Numbered from the stretch's first letter, positions 15,834 to 26,281 are shown. The stretch: DNA of 64,000 nucleotides from an uncultured virus (IMG/VR IMGVR_UViG_3300032047_003368) (IMGVR_UViG_3300032047_003368); one strand, 5' to 3'. Numbers and translations: made by a program. The notes: generated from the sequence alone by a model not told the origin.

Positions 15834-18800
15834 TCAAGAAGTAATGTTAAACACTATTTTCGTTAATTTTCCTCCGGGTGTGTATCCATTATTTAAACAA
15901 TTTTCATTTCGTTCAACACTTGTTAATGATATATTTGAATTTAATGGAATTATTGCGTGTGCCAATGCCACGGAACTATTTGCGTGTTCATTAAAAGCAA
16001 ATATCGGTATCGAATTCAATGCAAATTGTTCTGTACCTTGATTAAAATTTATACCATTTTGAGAGAAATCATATACGATGGCCATTTTTCCGAAACTTGA
16101 ATGTGTCTCCGAAAAGCTTTGAGAACCAGAAACACAAGATGTTCCAACATTCCAAGTATGACTTCCCGTTGCAAGATCAGATATATTTTGCTCAGAACCA
16201 TTATTATAAACCGCAATAGTATCTGCATCGTATACGATATCGAAGGTAATTGTTCCCACAACCGATCCTAAGTTGGACCCTCTTTTTAATTTTACCTTGA
16301 TTGTATGTTCTCCTAATGTAGAAAATGTCGGACGAATGTCATCAGCATTATTTTGATTATATTCTGTTGAATATGGTCCATCATCAAATGATAATGCGTA
16401 AGTGTCTTCATATTCCGAATTTGCACCACTTAAAACAAATACCGGACTAAAATCAGCCGTTTTGTTGCCACCAGAAACCCACATAGCAGTTCCTTTGGTT
16501 ATCACAGGAGTACCCGATGGTGCAGACTCACTTACTTCAAAAGAAAAATCGGTTGATTCTGATGAATTTCCATCGCTATCTACTGCCTTAATTTTTGCAG
16601 TGTAATTTCCTGCACTTAGATCAGTTGTTAATGTGTAATATTCTTGCCAAAACGGAGTAGATTCGGAATCAACTGGGTTATTATCTGAATCTACTATTGA
16701 AATGGTAAATCCATCTACTCCATCGTACAATCCACTGTGGGTCCAAGATATAGTTGGTCTTTTTAACCAAGTTGTTGTACCCTCTTGATTGCCTTCGTGG
16801 TTATTACCATCAATTACCGGATCACCACTGTTGCCCACTGGTTCAACATATACACCACTATCACCATCTCCTCCTGTATCTCCTGTATCTCCTGTGTCCT
16901 CTTGGAACTCTGCTTCGGCAGTTTTTACTACGGCTGGTTTGCTCGATTCGTCAACAACTGCATTGCCATCAAAAATAGTGTGATGCCCTTCACCTGCTTT
17001 TGCTCCTTTTAATACACCATTCCATCCTGCGATATTTTGATTAAATGCTGACTCTGCACCCGAAAATGCACCATCGGCATTTTTTAAAGTTCCAGCCAAG
17101 GATGAGTTCCAACTTGCAATCGGTTGGTTAAAATCAGCATTTTTTGCAAAATTTTCAAGAGTTGCAACTTTTGCCGGTTGCCACTGACGAATATGTTGAT
17201 TAAATTCCGCATCCTCAAACATACTTTTCATAGTCAAAACTTCACCGACATTCCATTTTTTAAGTTGACCATTGAAAGGAGAATTTTGAAATGCACCTTC
17301 CATATCAGTAACATTTTCTGTGTTCCATGAATTAATATAATGTGAGCTACCCCCACTAAGTGGTCCAAATTCAGAATCCTTAAAAATATTTTTAATGCTT
17401 GTTACTTTACCAGTCCCAGGATACTTAAACCAGTTTCCTGCTCCTGCTTTACCTCCTGCGTCTGGATTCCAGGTCGTTCCTTCCCACATAGAATCGGCAG
17501 TTACGTTTGTAACCAGGTCGTCTTCTCCAATTAAACCGAAATTCCAAGTTTTTCCTGTGTAAGCAGAATTTTTAAACATTTTGTTTACGTTATGTACTTT
17601 ATCCAATTTCCACGGACCGATTTCTTGATTATAAATTGAGTTCTCGAAAAAGGATTCCATAGTAATTGAAGATGCAACGTCGACACCGAGTCCTCCTGTG
17701 CTTCCTTTGTCTTTAAAACCCCGCACAGAAGCATCCCATTCTCTGTTATTTTTTAGAAATGCTTTAAAATTAGTAACTTTACTTACATTCCAGGAACCAA
17801 TGTATCTACCTGATATACTACCTTCAAGCAATCCTTCCATTGAAGTTACATTTTCAGTATTCCAACCAGAAATACCCTTTGATTTGCCTGTAAGGACATT
17901 TACATACTCAAGCATATAACTCATATTCGTGATGCTGTTTGATGTCGTTGGAAAATTGATTTCATCAGCATAATTGGTTGCACCTGATAAAAATCCTTCC
18001 ATTGATGTAACCGCAGAAAAAATTGCGGTTCTTAGCATTGGATTTCTTGCTGATTTGTATCCTGCAAATACATATTTTAAATCTATTGCTTCAAATGTAT
18101 AATTATCAGGACCTTGGAGGTTTTGTAATTTTGTGTAACCTGCAAAATCTCCGACTCCATGAAATTTGAAATTAGTGTCAAATTGAATATAGTGTGATCG
18201 TTTATTGTAAATAGGATTTGAAATGTAATTGTCGTATGAACTTGAATCTATTTTATGTTTACTTGATAGCATTGTTTTTTTCGCAAAATCAACTGTCCAA
18301 TCAAGATCACCATCTGGCTCTAATTTATTGAAATTTACTACTTCAAATGTTCCACTTCCACCGGTAAATGTAAAATCATATGTACCCAGAAGGTCACCTG
18401 CAGTTAAGGTAGTTCCTGATAGTAAATCACAATCAAGATTCACCGTATTTGAAGCTAATGTATATGTTTTTCCGTAAATAAGTTTTATAGTTTCTGTACT
18501 TCGCAATCCAACATAATCATTTTCAAACTTAAATATAAGACAATCTTTTCCAGTAAGCTTATTAACGTGAGTTTCTATGCTGGGTGTATACTCCAAATAC
18601 GGATTCATAAATTGATCATTATCCGTAAGTCTTGTTACAGTTTGCTTCGGAAATGCAATTTCAGTTCCGTCCCACCCAATGCCATTAAATGTGTAGGTCT
18701 TTCCTCCTGCGGGTGACTCAACTGAGTCTTTCGTAATAACAACTTCGCCACTATCAATTGTTGTTGCGGACCAGCCTGATGGAGCTGTAAATGTATCACT

Positions 18801-18893
18801 CGAGGATGTTCCCGGAGTATCTGCACGACTTGCGAATATAAATTGTGGAGTTGCATTAGTTGCCACATAGGTTTTAAAAGTAATATTTGCCAT
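15834..18893 (-). CDS. Large surface/virion protein with DUF285 (BspA-like) repeats and Ig-like C-terminal domains
   Basis: About 10 repeats of W(N)xxxVTxMxxxF..FNQxIxxW; DTG linker; S/T/G-rich beta segments; no signal peptide. Confidence 0.8.
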   Translation of the reverse strand: MANITFKTYVATNATPQFIFASRADTPGTSSSDTFTAPSGWSATTIDSGEVVITKDSVESPAGGKTYTFNGIGWDGTEIAFPKQTVTRLTDNDQFMNPYLEYTPSIETHVNKLTGKDCLIFKFENDYVGLRSTETIKLIYGKTYTLASNTVNLDCDLLSGTTLTAGDLLGTYDFTFTGGSGTFEVVNFNKLEPDGDLDWTVDFAKKTMLSSKHKIDSSSYDNYISNPIYNKRSHYIQFDTNFKFHGVGDFAGYTKLQNLQGPDNYTFEAIDLKYVFAGYKSARNPMLRTAIFSAVTSMEGFLSGATNYADEINFPTTSNSITNMSYMLEYVNVLTGKSKGISGWNTENVTSMEGLLEGSISGRYIGSWNVSKVTNFKAFLKNNREWDASVRGFKDKGSTGGLGVDVASSITMESFFENSIYNQEIGPWKLDKVHNVNKMFKNSAYTGKTWNFGLIGEDDLVTNVTADSMWEGTTWNPDAGGKAGAGNWFKYPGTGKVTSIKNIFKDSEFGPLSGGSSHYINSWNTENVTDMEGAFQNSPFNGQLKKWNVGEVLTMKSMFEDAEFNQHIRQWQPAKVATLENFAKNADFNQPIASWNSSLAGTLKNADGAFSGAESAFNQNIAGWNGVLKGAKAGEGHHTIFDGNAVVDESSKPAVVKTAEAEFQEDTGDTGDTGGDGDSGVYVEPVGNSGDPVIDGNNHEGNQEGTTTWLKRPTISWTHSGLYDGVDGFTISIVDSDNNPVDSESTPFWQEYYTLTTDLSAGNYTAKIKAVDSDGNSSESTDFSFEVSESAPSGTPVITKGTAMWVSGGNKTADFSPVFVLSGANSEYEDTYALSFDDGPYSTEYNQNNADDIRPTFSTLGEHTIKVKLKRGSNLGSVVGTITFDIVYDADTIAVYNNGSEQNISDLATGSHTWNVGTSCVSGSQSFSETHSSFGKMAIVYDFSQNGINFNQGTEQFALNSIPIFAFNEHANSSVALAHAIIPLNSNISLTSVERNENCLNNGYTPGGKLTKIVFNITS
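16872..16898. repeat. 9-bp tandem repeat x3 encoding DTGDTGDTG
   Basis: tcctgtatc tcctgtatc tcctgtgtc. Confidence 0.8.
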
Positions 18894-18916
18894 AATTAAG
18901 TTTTCCTTATTTTTTT

Positions 18917-19651
18917 TTAAAGTTTTTCATCCCATATTATACTGCCGAATATATCAGTATCTTCTTTTTTTCGTATCCAAATTTCTTTTCCTCTGCGTGT
19001 AATTATAGGTTCTGTTTTTGGAACATCCCCACCATTCAGAAAAATGTTATTCAACCAACATAAAGCATTTAATTCATCAATATTACTACTAAGAAATTCA
19101 TCTATGTTCTCGTTAACCGGATATAATTCCACCATTAGTTCAATTCCTGTTCGTGAAATTGCATATGCAACAGTGTGCCACTGTGGAATCATTTTATATA
19201 AATTACCAACAATGTTATCCGCATCAGATTGCTTAGATACAAATCCTGGATTTGTATATAATTGAATAAAATTTGAATTATTTTGCTCTGCGACAGAAAG
19301 TATTTTTGAAAATCGTTCATCTGTATCGTATTCGTTAATTAAAACATCGTCCTCAAATACCATCAACCAGTTCTCAGTATGATTATTTAAAAAAGTTTCC
19401 CATAATATTTGATGTGATAAATTGCACCCAAGTTTTCCAGGATATTTATTACAAACCGAACCTCGTATGTAAGTGTCAGACGTATAATTTTTTTTATTTG
19501 CCGTTTCTGCATTTTTTTCAAAATTTTCAAGTGTATTTACGGCAGAAAACTTTTGTAAATTTGGTATATTTGCAGTTTGAACTTTGTAGTTTTCACTACG
19601 CTTTTCAGAAGCATCATATACTATCATGTATTTTATCAAATCATCCATCAT
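18917..19651 (-). CDS. GT25-like glycosyltransferase
   Basis: FSAV, GKLGCNLSH, VFEDDV, TVAYAIS. Confidence 0.85.
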   Translation of the reverse strand: MMDDLIKYMIVYDASEKRSENYKVQTANIPNLQKFSAVNTLENFEKNAETANKKNYTSDTYIRGSVCNKYPGKLGCNLSHQILWETFLNNHTENWLMVFEDDVLINEYDTDERFSKILSVAEQNNSNFIQLYTNPGFVSKQSDADNIVGNLYKMIPQWHTVAYAISRTGIELMVELYPVNENIDEFLSSNIDELNALCWLNNIFLNGGDVPKTEPIITRRGKEIWIRKKEDTDIFGSIIWDEKL

Positions 19652-19690
19652 CTATAATAAATATTATAATAAGTCATTTTTACTTGATTA

Positions 19691-20701
19691 TTATAATAAT
19701 AGTTGTTCCCAATTCCACGCAGAAATAACCATTTCTTTTAATCCAAGTTCTGCTTTCCAGTTCAGTAATTTTAATGCAAGTGTAGCATCTGCATAAGCAC
19801 TTGTAACATCACCTTCTCTGCGTTCACCATACACTATATTCAATTCAATATCGTTTTCTTTTTGAAATGTATCAAGCACTTCTTTCACAGAATATCCATT
19901 ACCTGTTCCTAAATTTATTGGAATTGCTTTGAATTGTTTTTCGTCACAAACTGATATTGCTTGGACGTGTGCTTTTGCTAAATCAACTACATGAATATAA
20001 TCACGAATACAAGTTCCGTCTGGTGTATCATAATCTGTTCCGAAAACGGTAAGTTCTTTGCGTTTACCACTTGCAGTTTGTGTAACATATGGAATTAGAT
20101 TGTCAGGTACACCATTTGGAAGTTCTCCGATTAAAGCAGTTTCGTGTGCGCCAATTGGATTAAAATAACGAAGCAAAATTGAATTAAAATCGTGTTCAAT
20201 ATGAAAGTCGGTTATCATTTGTTCGTTGATTTGCTTGGTACGACCATAAACACTTTCCGCAGGTTTTTGTGGAGTTTTTTCTGTGATAGGAAGTTCATCT
20301 GCTTGACCATAAACCGTGCAACTGCTACTGAATATAAGATTTTTGACATCAAAATGCTTCATCACCATAAGCAAATTGTTTGTACCCACAACATTGTTGT
20401 CATAGTATTTGCTTGGATGCTTCATACTTTCTCCGACACTTTTACAAGCAGCGAAATGAACAACTGCTTTTGTATCTCGTTGATAATAACCAAATGCTTT
20501 TTCTAATTCGTCATAATCACGAATGTCCGCATTCAAAAAGTGAAAACTCTTTTTCGTTATCGCACGAATACCATCAATTACATCTTCTGAAGAATTTGAC
20601 AAATTGTCAATTACAACAACTTCGTATCCTTTCTGTAAAAGTTCAACAACGGTATGACTACCGATGTAACCCAATCCACCGGTAACTATAATCGTGTTCA
20701 C
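19691..20701 (-). CDS. galE: UDP-glucose 4-epimerase
   Basis: TGGLGYIGSHT, FSSSCTVYG, YGRTK, LRYFNPIGAH, DGTCIRDYIHV. Confidence 0.96.
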   Translation of the reverse strand: MNTIIVTGGLGYIGSHTVVELLQKGYEVVVIDNLSNSSEDVIDGIRAITKKSFHFLNADIRDYDELEKAFGYYQRDTKAVVHFAACKSVGESMKHPSKYYDNNVVGTNNLLMVMKHFDVKNLIFSSSCTVYGQADELPITEKTPQKPAESVYGRTKQINEQMITDFHIEHDFNSILLRYFNPIGAHETALIGELPNGVPDNLIPYVTQTASGKRKELTVFGTDYDTPDGTCIRDYIHVVDLAKAHVQAISVCDEKQFKAIPINLGTGNGYSVKEVLDTFQKENDIELNIVYGERREGDVTSAYADATLALKLLNWKAELGLKEMVISAWNWEQLLL

Positions 20702-22035
20702 TTTATCATTCCGGCGGCAATCGTTTCATTTGTTTGTGTATCAATCAAAATAAAACTTCCGTTGGCACGATTGCTTTCAAAATCATCAAAATTAATTGGT
20801 TTGCTTGTTTTGATGCTGATTCTTGCGATATCATTTAATCCAAGTTGCAAACTTTGATCTTCTGCTTTACTGAAAGTATTTACATCTAATGTATAAACCT
20901 TTTTGGTGATCATTGCAGTTACTTCGTTGCTTCCGTGTTTTAGCAAATATTTTTTACGAGGTTGCATGACATCATCTGACATCCAGCAGATCATTGCATC
21001 AAAGTTTTGAGATGTTTTAGGAAGATTATCAATTCGTGCAATCATATCACCTCTTCCTGCATCTATATCATCTTCAAGTTGCATTACAATGCTTGCAGGT
21101 GTACACGCATGATTTATTAAATCTTTATATACTCGCATATCTTTGATACGAGTTTCAAAACCACTTGGAAGCACAGAAACTTTTTGTCCTTTTTCAAAAC
21201 TCCCACTTACGATTTTTCCGGCATATCCACGAAAGTCATGCCATTTGTCACTATGAGGACGAATAACAGTTTGAATATCAAAACGTGCGTCCACCAAATT
21301 ATTGTCACTGAAAATTTCAATGTTTTCAAGCATTTGAAGTAAATGACCACCTTTGTACCAAGGAGTTTTTTGTGATTTGGTTGTAACATTATCACCTTTT
21401 AATGCTGAGATTGGTATGAAACGAATATCATTGCAACGAAGTTTCGCACTAAATTGTTTAAGTTGATCACGAATTTTATTGAACTTTTCTTCATCGTAAT
21501 CAATCAAGTCCATTTTGTTTACCGCATAAATTACATGAGGTATCTTCAAAAGACTTGCAATAAATGAGTGTCTACGTGTTTGCTCAGAAATTCCCTTTCG
21601 TGCATCCACCAAAATAATTGCGACATTGCTTTTACTTGCACCCGTAATCATATTACGAGTGTACTGAACATGACCTGGTGTGTCTGAAATAATAAACTTA
21701 CGATTCGCAGTATTAAAGTAACGATATGCCACGTCTATCGTGATACCTTGTTCACGTTCACTTTTAAGTCCGTCTGTCAAATAAGCAAGATTCACGTCTT
21801 CTTCACCTTTCTTCTTGGATGTGGCACGAACTGCTTCGTATTGATCTTTCATAACACTCTTGGTGTCATAAAGCAAACGACCAATTAAAGTGCTTTTGCC
21901 ATCGTCTACACTACCCGCAGTTGAAAGACGAAGAAGTTCGTTGTTCTGCAACTTATCAACGTTTTTCTTTGGTTCTTCTTTTTGATTTTCCACAGGTTTC
22001 TTGTTTTCTTTATCGTTGTTGTTGTTCTTTGCCAT
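20698..22035 (-). CDS. cysN: Sulfate adenylyltransferase subunit 1 (GTPase)
   Basis: GSVDDGKSTLIGRLL, EREQGITIDVAYRYF, DTPGH, NKMD; start moved to ATG 22035. Confidence 0.96.
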   Translation of the reverse strand: MAKNNNNDKENKKPVENQKEEPKKNVDKLQNNELLRLSTAGSVDDGKSTLIGRLLYDTKSVMKDQYEAVRATSKKKGEEDVNLAYLTDGLKSEREQGITIDVAYRYFNTANRKFIISDTPGHVQYTRNMITGASKSNVAIILVDARKGISEQTRRHSFIASLLKIPHVIYAVNKMDLIDYDEEKFNKIRDQLKQFSAKLRCNDIRFIPISALKGDNVTTKSQKTPWYKGGHLLQMLENIEIFSDNNLVDARFDIQTVIRPHSDKWHDFRGYAGKIVSGSFEKGQKVSVLPSGFETRIKDMRVYKDLINHACTPASIVMQLEDDIDAGRGDMIARIDNLPKTSQNFDAMICWMSDDVMQPRKKYLLKHGSNEVTAMITKKVYTLDVNTFSKAEDQSLQLGLNDIARISIKTSKPINFDDFESNRANGSFILIDTQTNETIAAGMIK

Positions 22036-22036
22036 C

Positions 22037-22942
22037 TTAGAAATATCCTTGTTGCTTACGGTCTTCCATACTTGTATCGGATTTTTTATCGTCTCCTCTT
22101 GTTCCACGTTCAGTTGTGGTGGCACTTGCAACTTCTGCAATAATATCATCAAGATTATTTGCAGTACTCAAACAAGCACCGGTTGTTGTTACATCACCAA
22201 TTGAACGAAAACGAACTACTTTTTCTTCTAGTTTTTCATCGTCTTTTAATTTTACATAATCAGCATGGCCATACCAAACTCCGTCACGTTCATAGCATTT
22301 TCTTTTGTGTGAAAAATAAAGTGAAGGCAACGGAATGTTTTCTTGTTTCAAATAAGTCCATACATCAAGTTCTGTCCAATTGCTGATTGGAAATACACGA
22401 AAGTGTTCACCTTGATTTTTCTTTCCGTTAAATGCATCCCAAATTTCTGGTCGTTGATTTTTTGGGTCCCATTGACCAAAGTCATCACGATGTGAAAAGA
22501 AACGTTCTTTTGCTCTTGCTTTTTCTTCGTCTCGTCTTGCTCCCCCTAAACAAGCATCAAACTTGTGATGCTCAATTGCATCAAGAAGCACAGGTATCTG
22601 AAGTTCATTACGAGTTGCACCTACTCCAGTTTCGTCGTGAATAAGACCTTCTGCAATTGCATCTTCAACTTTACGTTCAAATAGTTTCATTTTGTATTGC
22701 TCAAGAACCTCATCACGGAACTTCATAACTTCAGGGAAGTTGTGTCCTGTATCAACATGAAGTGCAACAAACGGAGCGTTAGCAGGATAAAATGCTTTTG
22801 CAATAAGATGCAGACAGACTAAACTATCTTTACCTCCACTGAAAAGCAATGTTGAACTTGAAAATTGTGCAGCGGTTTCACGTAATACGTGAATGCTTTC
22901 TGCTTCGAGTTCCTCTAAGTGTGTTAAATTACATTTTTTCAT
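22037..22942 (-). CDS. cysD: Sulfate adenylyltransferase subunit 2
   Basis: FSGGKDS, HVDTG, GGARRDEEKARAKER, WDPKNQRPE, SMEDRKQQGYF. Confidence 0.97.
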   Translation of the reverse strand: MKKCNLTHLEELEAESIHVLRETAAQFSSSTLLFSGGKDSLVCLHLIAKAFYPANAPFVALHVDTGHNFPEVMKFRDEVLEQYKMKLFERKVEDAIAEGLIHDETGVGATRNELQIPVLLDAIEHHKFDACLGGARRDEEKARAKERFFSHRDDFGQWDPKNQRPEIWDAFNGKKNQGEHFRVFPISNWTELDVWTYLKQENIPLPSLYFSHKRKCYERDGVWYGHADYVKLKDDEKLEEKVVRFRSIGDVTTTGACLSTANNLDDIIAEVASATTTERGTRGDDKKSDTSMEDRKQQGYF

Positions 22943-22958
22943 CTCTTTTAATAAATAT

Positions 22959-23540
22959 TTAGATTGGTTGATTTAATATAAAATTAAATAAAATATTCGC
23001 AGAATATTTTATTGTTTTTCCTGTCGTATCTATTATCAAATCAGGATCGTTAGGTTCTTCAAATAAATTCAAAGATTCGTTCATGTTTTCTGTATTATTT
23101 TTATACAATCCTTTAACATCACGACTTTTAACTTCTTCATGCGATGCTTTAATATAAATCAAACGAAAACGTTCACCGAGAATTTTTTTTGCTTGAGTAC
23201 GACTTTCTTCAGTTGGAGAAATAAAACAATTAATTGTAGTTGTACCATTTTGTAAAAACATTTTTGAAATTTCAGCACTTCTACGAATATTTTCTGTTCT
23301 AGATTCAACTGACAAATCCAAGTCTGAGTTGATGGTATTACGCATATTGTCTCCGTCTAAACACTTTACCCAATATTCATGTTCCATAAGCATTTTTTCC
23401 ACGGTTTTTGTTAAAGTGCTTTTGCCACTTCCACTGTTACCCACCAACCAAAATGCGTATGCTTTACGACCTCCAACTTTTTCAAAGTAATCAGCCGACA
23501 AATATTCAGTCGGAAAAAATTCACCACCAGTACTTCCCAT
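22959..23540 (-). CDS. cysC: Adenylylsulfate (APS) kinase
   Basis: GNSGSGKST, LDGDNMR, ENIRR..E, FISP, RDVKGLY; start 23540 or 23546. Confidence 0.93.
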   Translation of the reverse strand: MGSTGGEFFPTEYLSADYFEKVGGRKAYAFWLVGNSGSGKSTLTKTVEKMLMEHEYWVKCLDGDNMRNTINSDLDLSVESRTENIRRSAEISKMFLQNGTTTINCFISPTEESRTQAKKILGERFRLIYIKASHEEVKSRDVKGLYKNNTENMNESLNLFEEPNDPDLIIDTTGKTIKYSANILFNFILNQPI

Positions 23541-23653
23541 GTTCATAAATATAAAAACTTACTACTTTTTACGAACAAAAAAGTTCTTAATTTTTTTCCA
23601 ATACGCAACTATAAATACAACAATTGCACCGGTTGAGAATGCAAACGGGCACA

Positions 23654-24910
23654 TTATCGGTTTCCTTTGTCAAACTTAAACTTTTCGTCCCAGTTTATTT
23701 CTCCGTTTTCATCAAAATAAGGTGGTTCTGGAATATCAACTTTATTGTTCATTACCAACGCAATTCCGATAATAGTAGCAACAACCACAACTCCAAGAAC
23801 AATAAACAAAGTATTTTTCTTTTTCTTTGGAGTTTCCACAGGTTCTTCTTCAACAGGTTCTTCTATTGGTTCTTCCACAGGTTCTTCTTCAGTTGGTTCT
23901 TCAACTGGTGGTGGAGAAGGTGGAGTTGGTAAAGGTGGTTCTTCGTCTTTAGGTTCTTCTTTAACGGGTTCTTCTTTTATTGGTTCTTCTGGATCACCAC
24001 CTCCGATAAGTTTTTCTACATCAATAACTCCATAACCCCACGAATTGTCACGACCAACTTCACCTTTATCTTTGGTGTATTTAAGTAAATGTTCACGAAT
24101 TTGTTCAACTGTTTTACAATCATTCATACCAGTTGCTTCTTCTTGCTTACGATGCTTTGCAAGCATCAAACAAATAACACCTGTAATAAAAGGACAAGCC
24201 ATTGAAGTTCCACTTAAACTAGCATATCCATTGTTAAGAAATGTACTATAAATGTTTACACCAGGAGCAGCCCATTCCACTTTTTCTCCTTTAGAAGAAA
24301 AGTTTGCTACGTTTCCGTATTTGTCGTAAGCTGCAACTGCAATCGTTTCATCATAAGCTGCTGGCCAATTCACTCCTCCTGATCCCGTGTTTCCCGCCGC
24401 ACATACAACAGGAATATTAAGTTCATATAATGTTTTAAGTCGTTCTTCAAGAATTGCTGATGGAGCCGAACCTCCTAAACTCATACTTACAACATCAGGT
24501 TTCATCTCAATTGCATAATCAAGTGCTTCTGCTAATCCAAAGTAACTTCCACTTCCGTTTTTTGCTAATGCTTTTACTGAAATGCTTTTTGCTTCAGGGG
24601 CAACTCCTACCATTCCAGTTTCGTTGTCTTTTGCACAAATGATACCAGTACAATGTGTATGATGCCCATTTTCATCTTCAAGTGGTTCACCAGAAATGCA
24701 GTTTTTTCCTTCAATAGCATTATCACCAATATCTGGATGCACAGGATGACCTGTATCAATTACCATTGCAGTTATTCCTTCTCCTTTTGTAATTGACCAA
24801 GTTGCAGGTACATTAAGTTGTCGTAACCCCCAATCAATTCTTTGACTCAAAGAACCAAGTTCTTCGTTTTTTTCATAATGTGGTAATTTTGTTTCATGTT
24901 CCATCGTCAT
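23654..24910 (-). CDS. S8 subtilisin-like serine protease with P/E-rich stalk and C-terminal TM anchor
   Basis: VIDTG, HHTHCTG, AAGN, GTSMA; start 24910 or 24904 (GGAG upstream). Confidence 0.92.
   Translation of the reverse strand: MTMEHETKLPHYEKNEELGSLSQRIDWGLRQLNVPATWSITKGEGITAMVIDTGHPVHPDIGDNAIEGKNCISGEPLEDENGHHTHCTGIICAKDNETGMVGVAPEAKSISVKALAKNGSGSYFGLAEALDYAIEMKPDVVSMSLGGSAPSAILEERLKTLYELNIPVVCAAGNTGSGGVNWPAAYDETIAVAAYDKYGNVANFSSKGEKVEWAAPGVNIYSTFLNNGYASLSGTSMACPFITGVICLMLAKHRKQEEATGMNDCKTVEQIREHLLKYTKDKGEVGRDNSWGYGVIDVEKLIGGGDPEEPIKEEPVKEEPKDEEPPLPTPPSPPPVEEPTEEEPVEEPIEEPVEEEPVETPKKKKNTLFIVLGVVVVATIIGIALVMNNKVDIPEPPYFDENGEINWDEKFKFDKGNR
23840..23990. repeat. Imperfect 12-15-bp tandem repeats encoding the EEP linker
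   Basis: Recurrent ggttcttc units. Confidence 0.75.
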
Positions 24911-24969
24911 CTCCGTATACAATAAAACGGCAATTAAATATCACCGTTTTATTTGATCAATTATTAAAT

Positions 24970-25449
24970 TTATTTTTTAGTTACTTGTTCGTAAAGTTCT
25001 TTTACTTTATTTCTTATTTTTGTTGCGACTTTCTTTTTAACCTTATTGTCACCTGTCACTTTCTTGATGTCCCAAAACTGCATTTTATCTGCATATTGTT
25101 TATAATGATTCATCATATAATCTTTTTGTTCTTTTTCACTTACCACAACAATTATGTCACAGTGTGAAAAATCTTCGTCTGTTATGTTGGTATGTTCTTT
25201 TGAATAACAATCATTTCCAAACATCAAGTAACTATCACATACTTGTTTTGAAAACTCGTTTAATTCAACAGGATCAGTCAACTCAATGTTACTGCTATAT
25301 GCCGCCGGATACCTTGAACTAGGATACCGTCCCATTCCGTGAGTGTTCAGCATAAACAAACACTCTAACTTGCCCAAATTGTTAAAATATGCTTCCGCAA
25401 ATTTACTGCGATACATATCCCCATTGCCGATAAATATTACTTTCTTCAT
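24970..25449 (-). CDS. LMW phosphatase/ArsC-fold protein lacking the catalytic Cys
   Basis: VIFIGNGDMYRSKFAE aligns with VLFxCxGNxCRSxxAE; D.IVV and WDI motifs. Confidence 0.75.
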   Translation of the reverse strand: MKKVIFIGNGDMYRSKFAEAYFNNLGKLECLFMLNTHGMGRYPSSRYPAAYSSNIELTDPVELNEFSKQVCDSYLMFGNDCYSKEHTNITDEDFSHCDIIVVVSEKEQKDYMMNHYKQYADKMQFWDIKKVTGDNKVKKKVATKIRNKVKELYEQVTKK

Positions 25450-25484
25450 ATTATAATAACTATTATATATACGAGTTTTTATAA

Positions 25485-25631
25485 TTATAAAAACGATAGA
25501 ATTTTAGCAAATGCTTCGTAAAATCTAATCATCGTTATTATGTAAGCAAGAGAACACCATACCAAAAAACCAAGCACTGTAACTGAGATTGTGTACACCG
25601 AATATTTAATAAATGTTTTTAGTTTACTCAC
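25485..25631 (-). CDS. Putative 48-aa membrane peptide
   Basis: Hand-translated GTG ORF (MSKLKTFIKYSVYTISVTVLGFLVWCSLAYIITMIR...), GTGA-coupled. Confidence 0.45.
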   Translation of the reverse strand: MSKLKTFIKYSVYTISVTVLGFLVWCSLAYIITMIRFYEAFAKILSFL

Positions 25632-25744
25632 TCCAATAATTTTGCACAACAAACATAAATAAAATTGCCGAGAAACCCGAACATTATTAAACCTCCAAGC
25701 AACATATAAAAATAAAAAAGAAGCATAAGCAGTTTTTCTTTCAC
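25628..25744 (-). CDS. Putative 38-aa membrane peptide
   Basis: Hand-translated GTG ORF abutting the upstream stop; hydrophobic. Confidence 0.4.
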   Translation of the reverse strand: MKEKLLMLLFYFYMLLGGLIMFGFLGNFIYVCCAKLLE

Positions 25745-26281
25745 TTATGAATTCCTTAGTTTTAATCTTGCCATATCAACGATGACATTTTTAACGTTTA
25801 CAAATTCGTCAAATGAAATCATCATCCACTTGCGTTTGTATATCAAATGATTTTCAAAATAAGTGCTTGGGCATATTCCGTCATCGGTTTTAACTATTTT
25901 GTAATCAAACACTACATAACTTCCAATGTAACTGAATTTTGCCATTATCATAGGAAGTCGTTTAGCAAGGTCAGCATCTTTGATTGCAGATTCTAACCAA
26001 CCATCAAGCAACTTGTTTTCTCCTTGCAACAGATGAGAAAACTTAAAGTCTTCATAGTTTTTGGCTTCAATCGTAAATGGAAAATCTTTTGGAGTAATAA
26101 TATCTCCTGTGAGTATTTCAACTACATCCGATCTCTCTCCTTCTGCGTTTTCCGCATTTTCCCCTCCGAACATTGCTCCTGAACGTGGTACACGACTGAA
26201 TTTACCTTCAAAATGTTCTTCAAGAAACTTTGCCACTTCAAGTTCCCATGCGTTTCCTTTGTCTTTTGATGATGCTCCCAT
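25745..26281 (-). CDS. Holliday junction resolvase-like PD-(D/E)XK nuclease
   Basis: SKDKGNAWELEVAKFL, RVPRSGA, GDI, IEAKN. Confidence 0.85.
   Translation of the reverse strand: MGASSKDKGNAWELEVAKFLEEHFEGKFSRVPRSGAMFGGENAENAEGERSDVVEILTGDIITPKDFPFTIEAKNYEDFKFSHLLQGENKLLDGWLESAIKDADLAKRLPMIMAKFSYIGSYVVFDYKIVKTDDGICPSTYFENHLIYKRKWMMISFDEFVNVKNVIVDMARLKLRNS

Noticed and set aside
20698..23546. Assimilatory sulfate reduction auxiliary genes
   Set aside because: No cysH, cysI/J or cysK in the window; co-location with sulfotransferases favours PAPS supply
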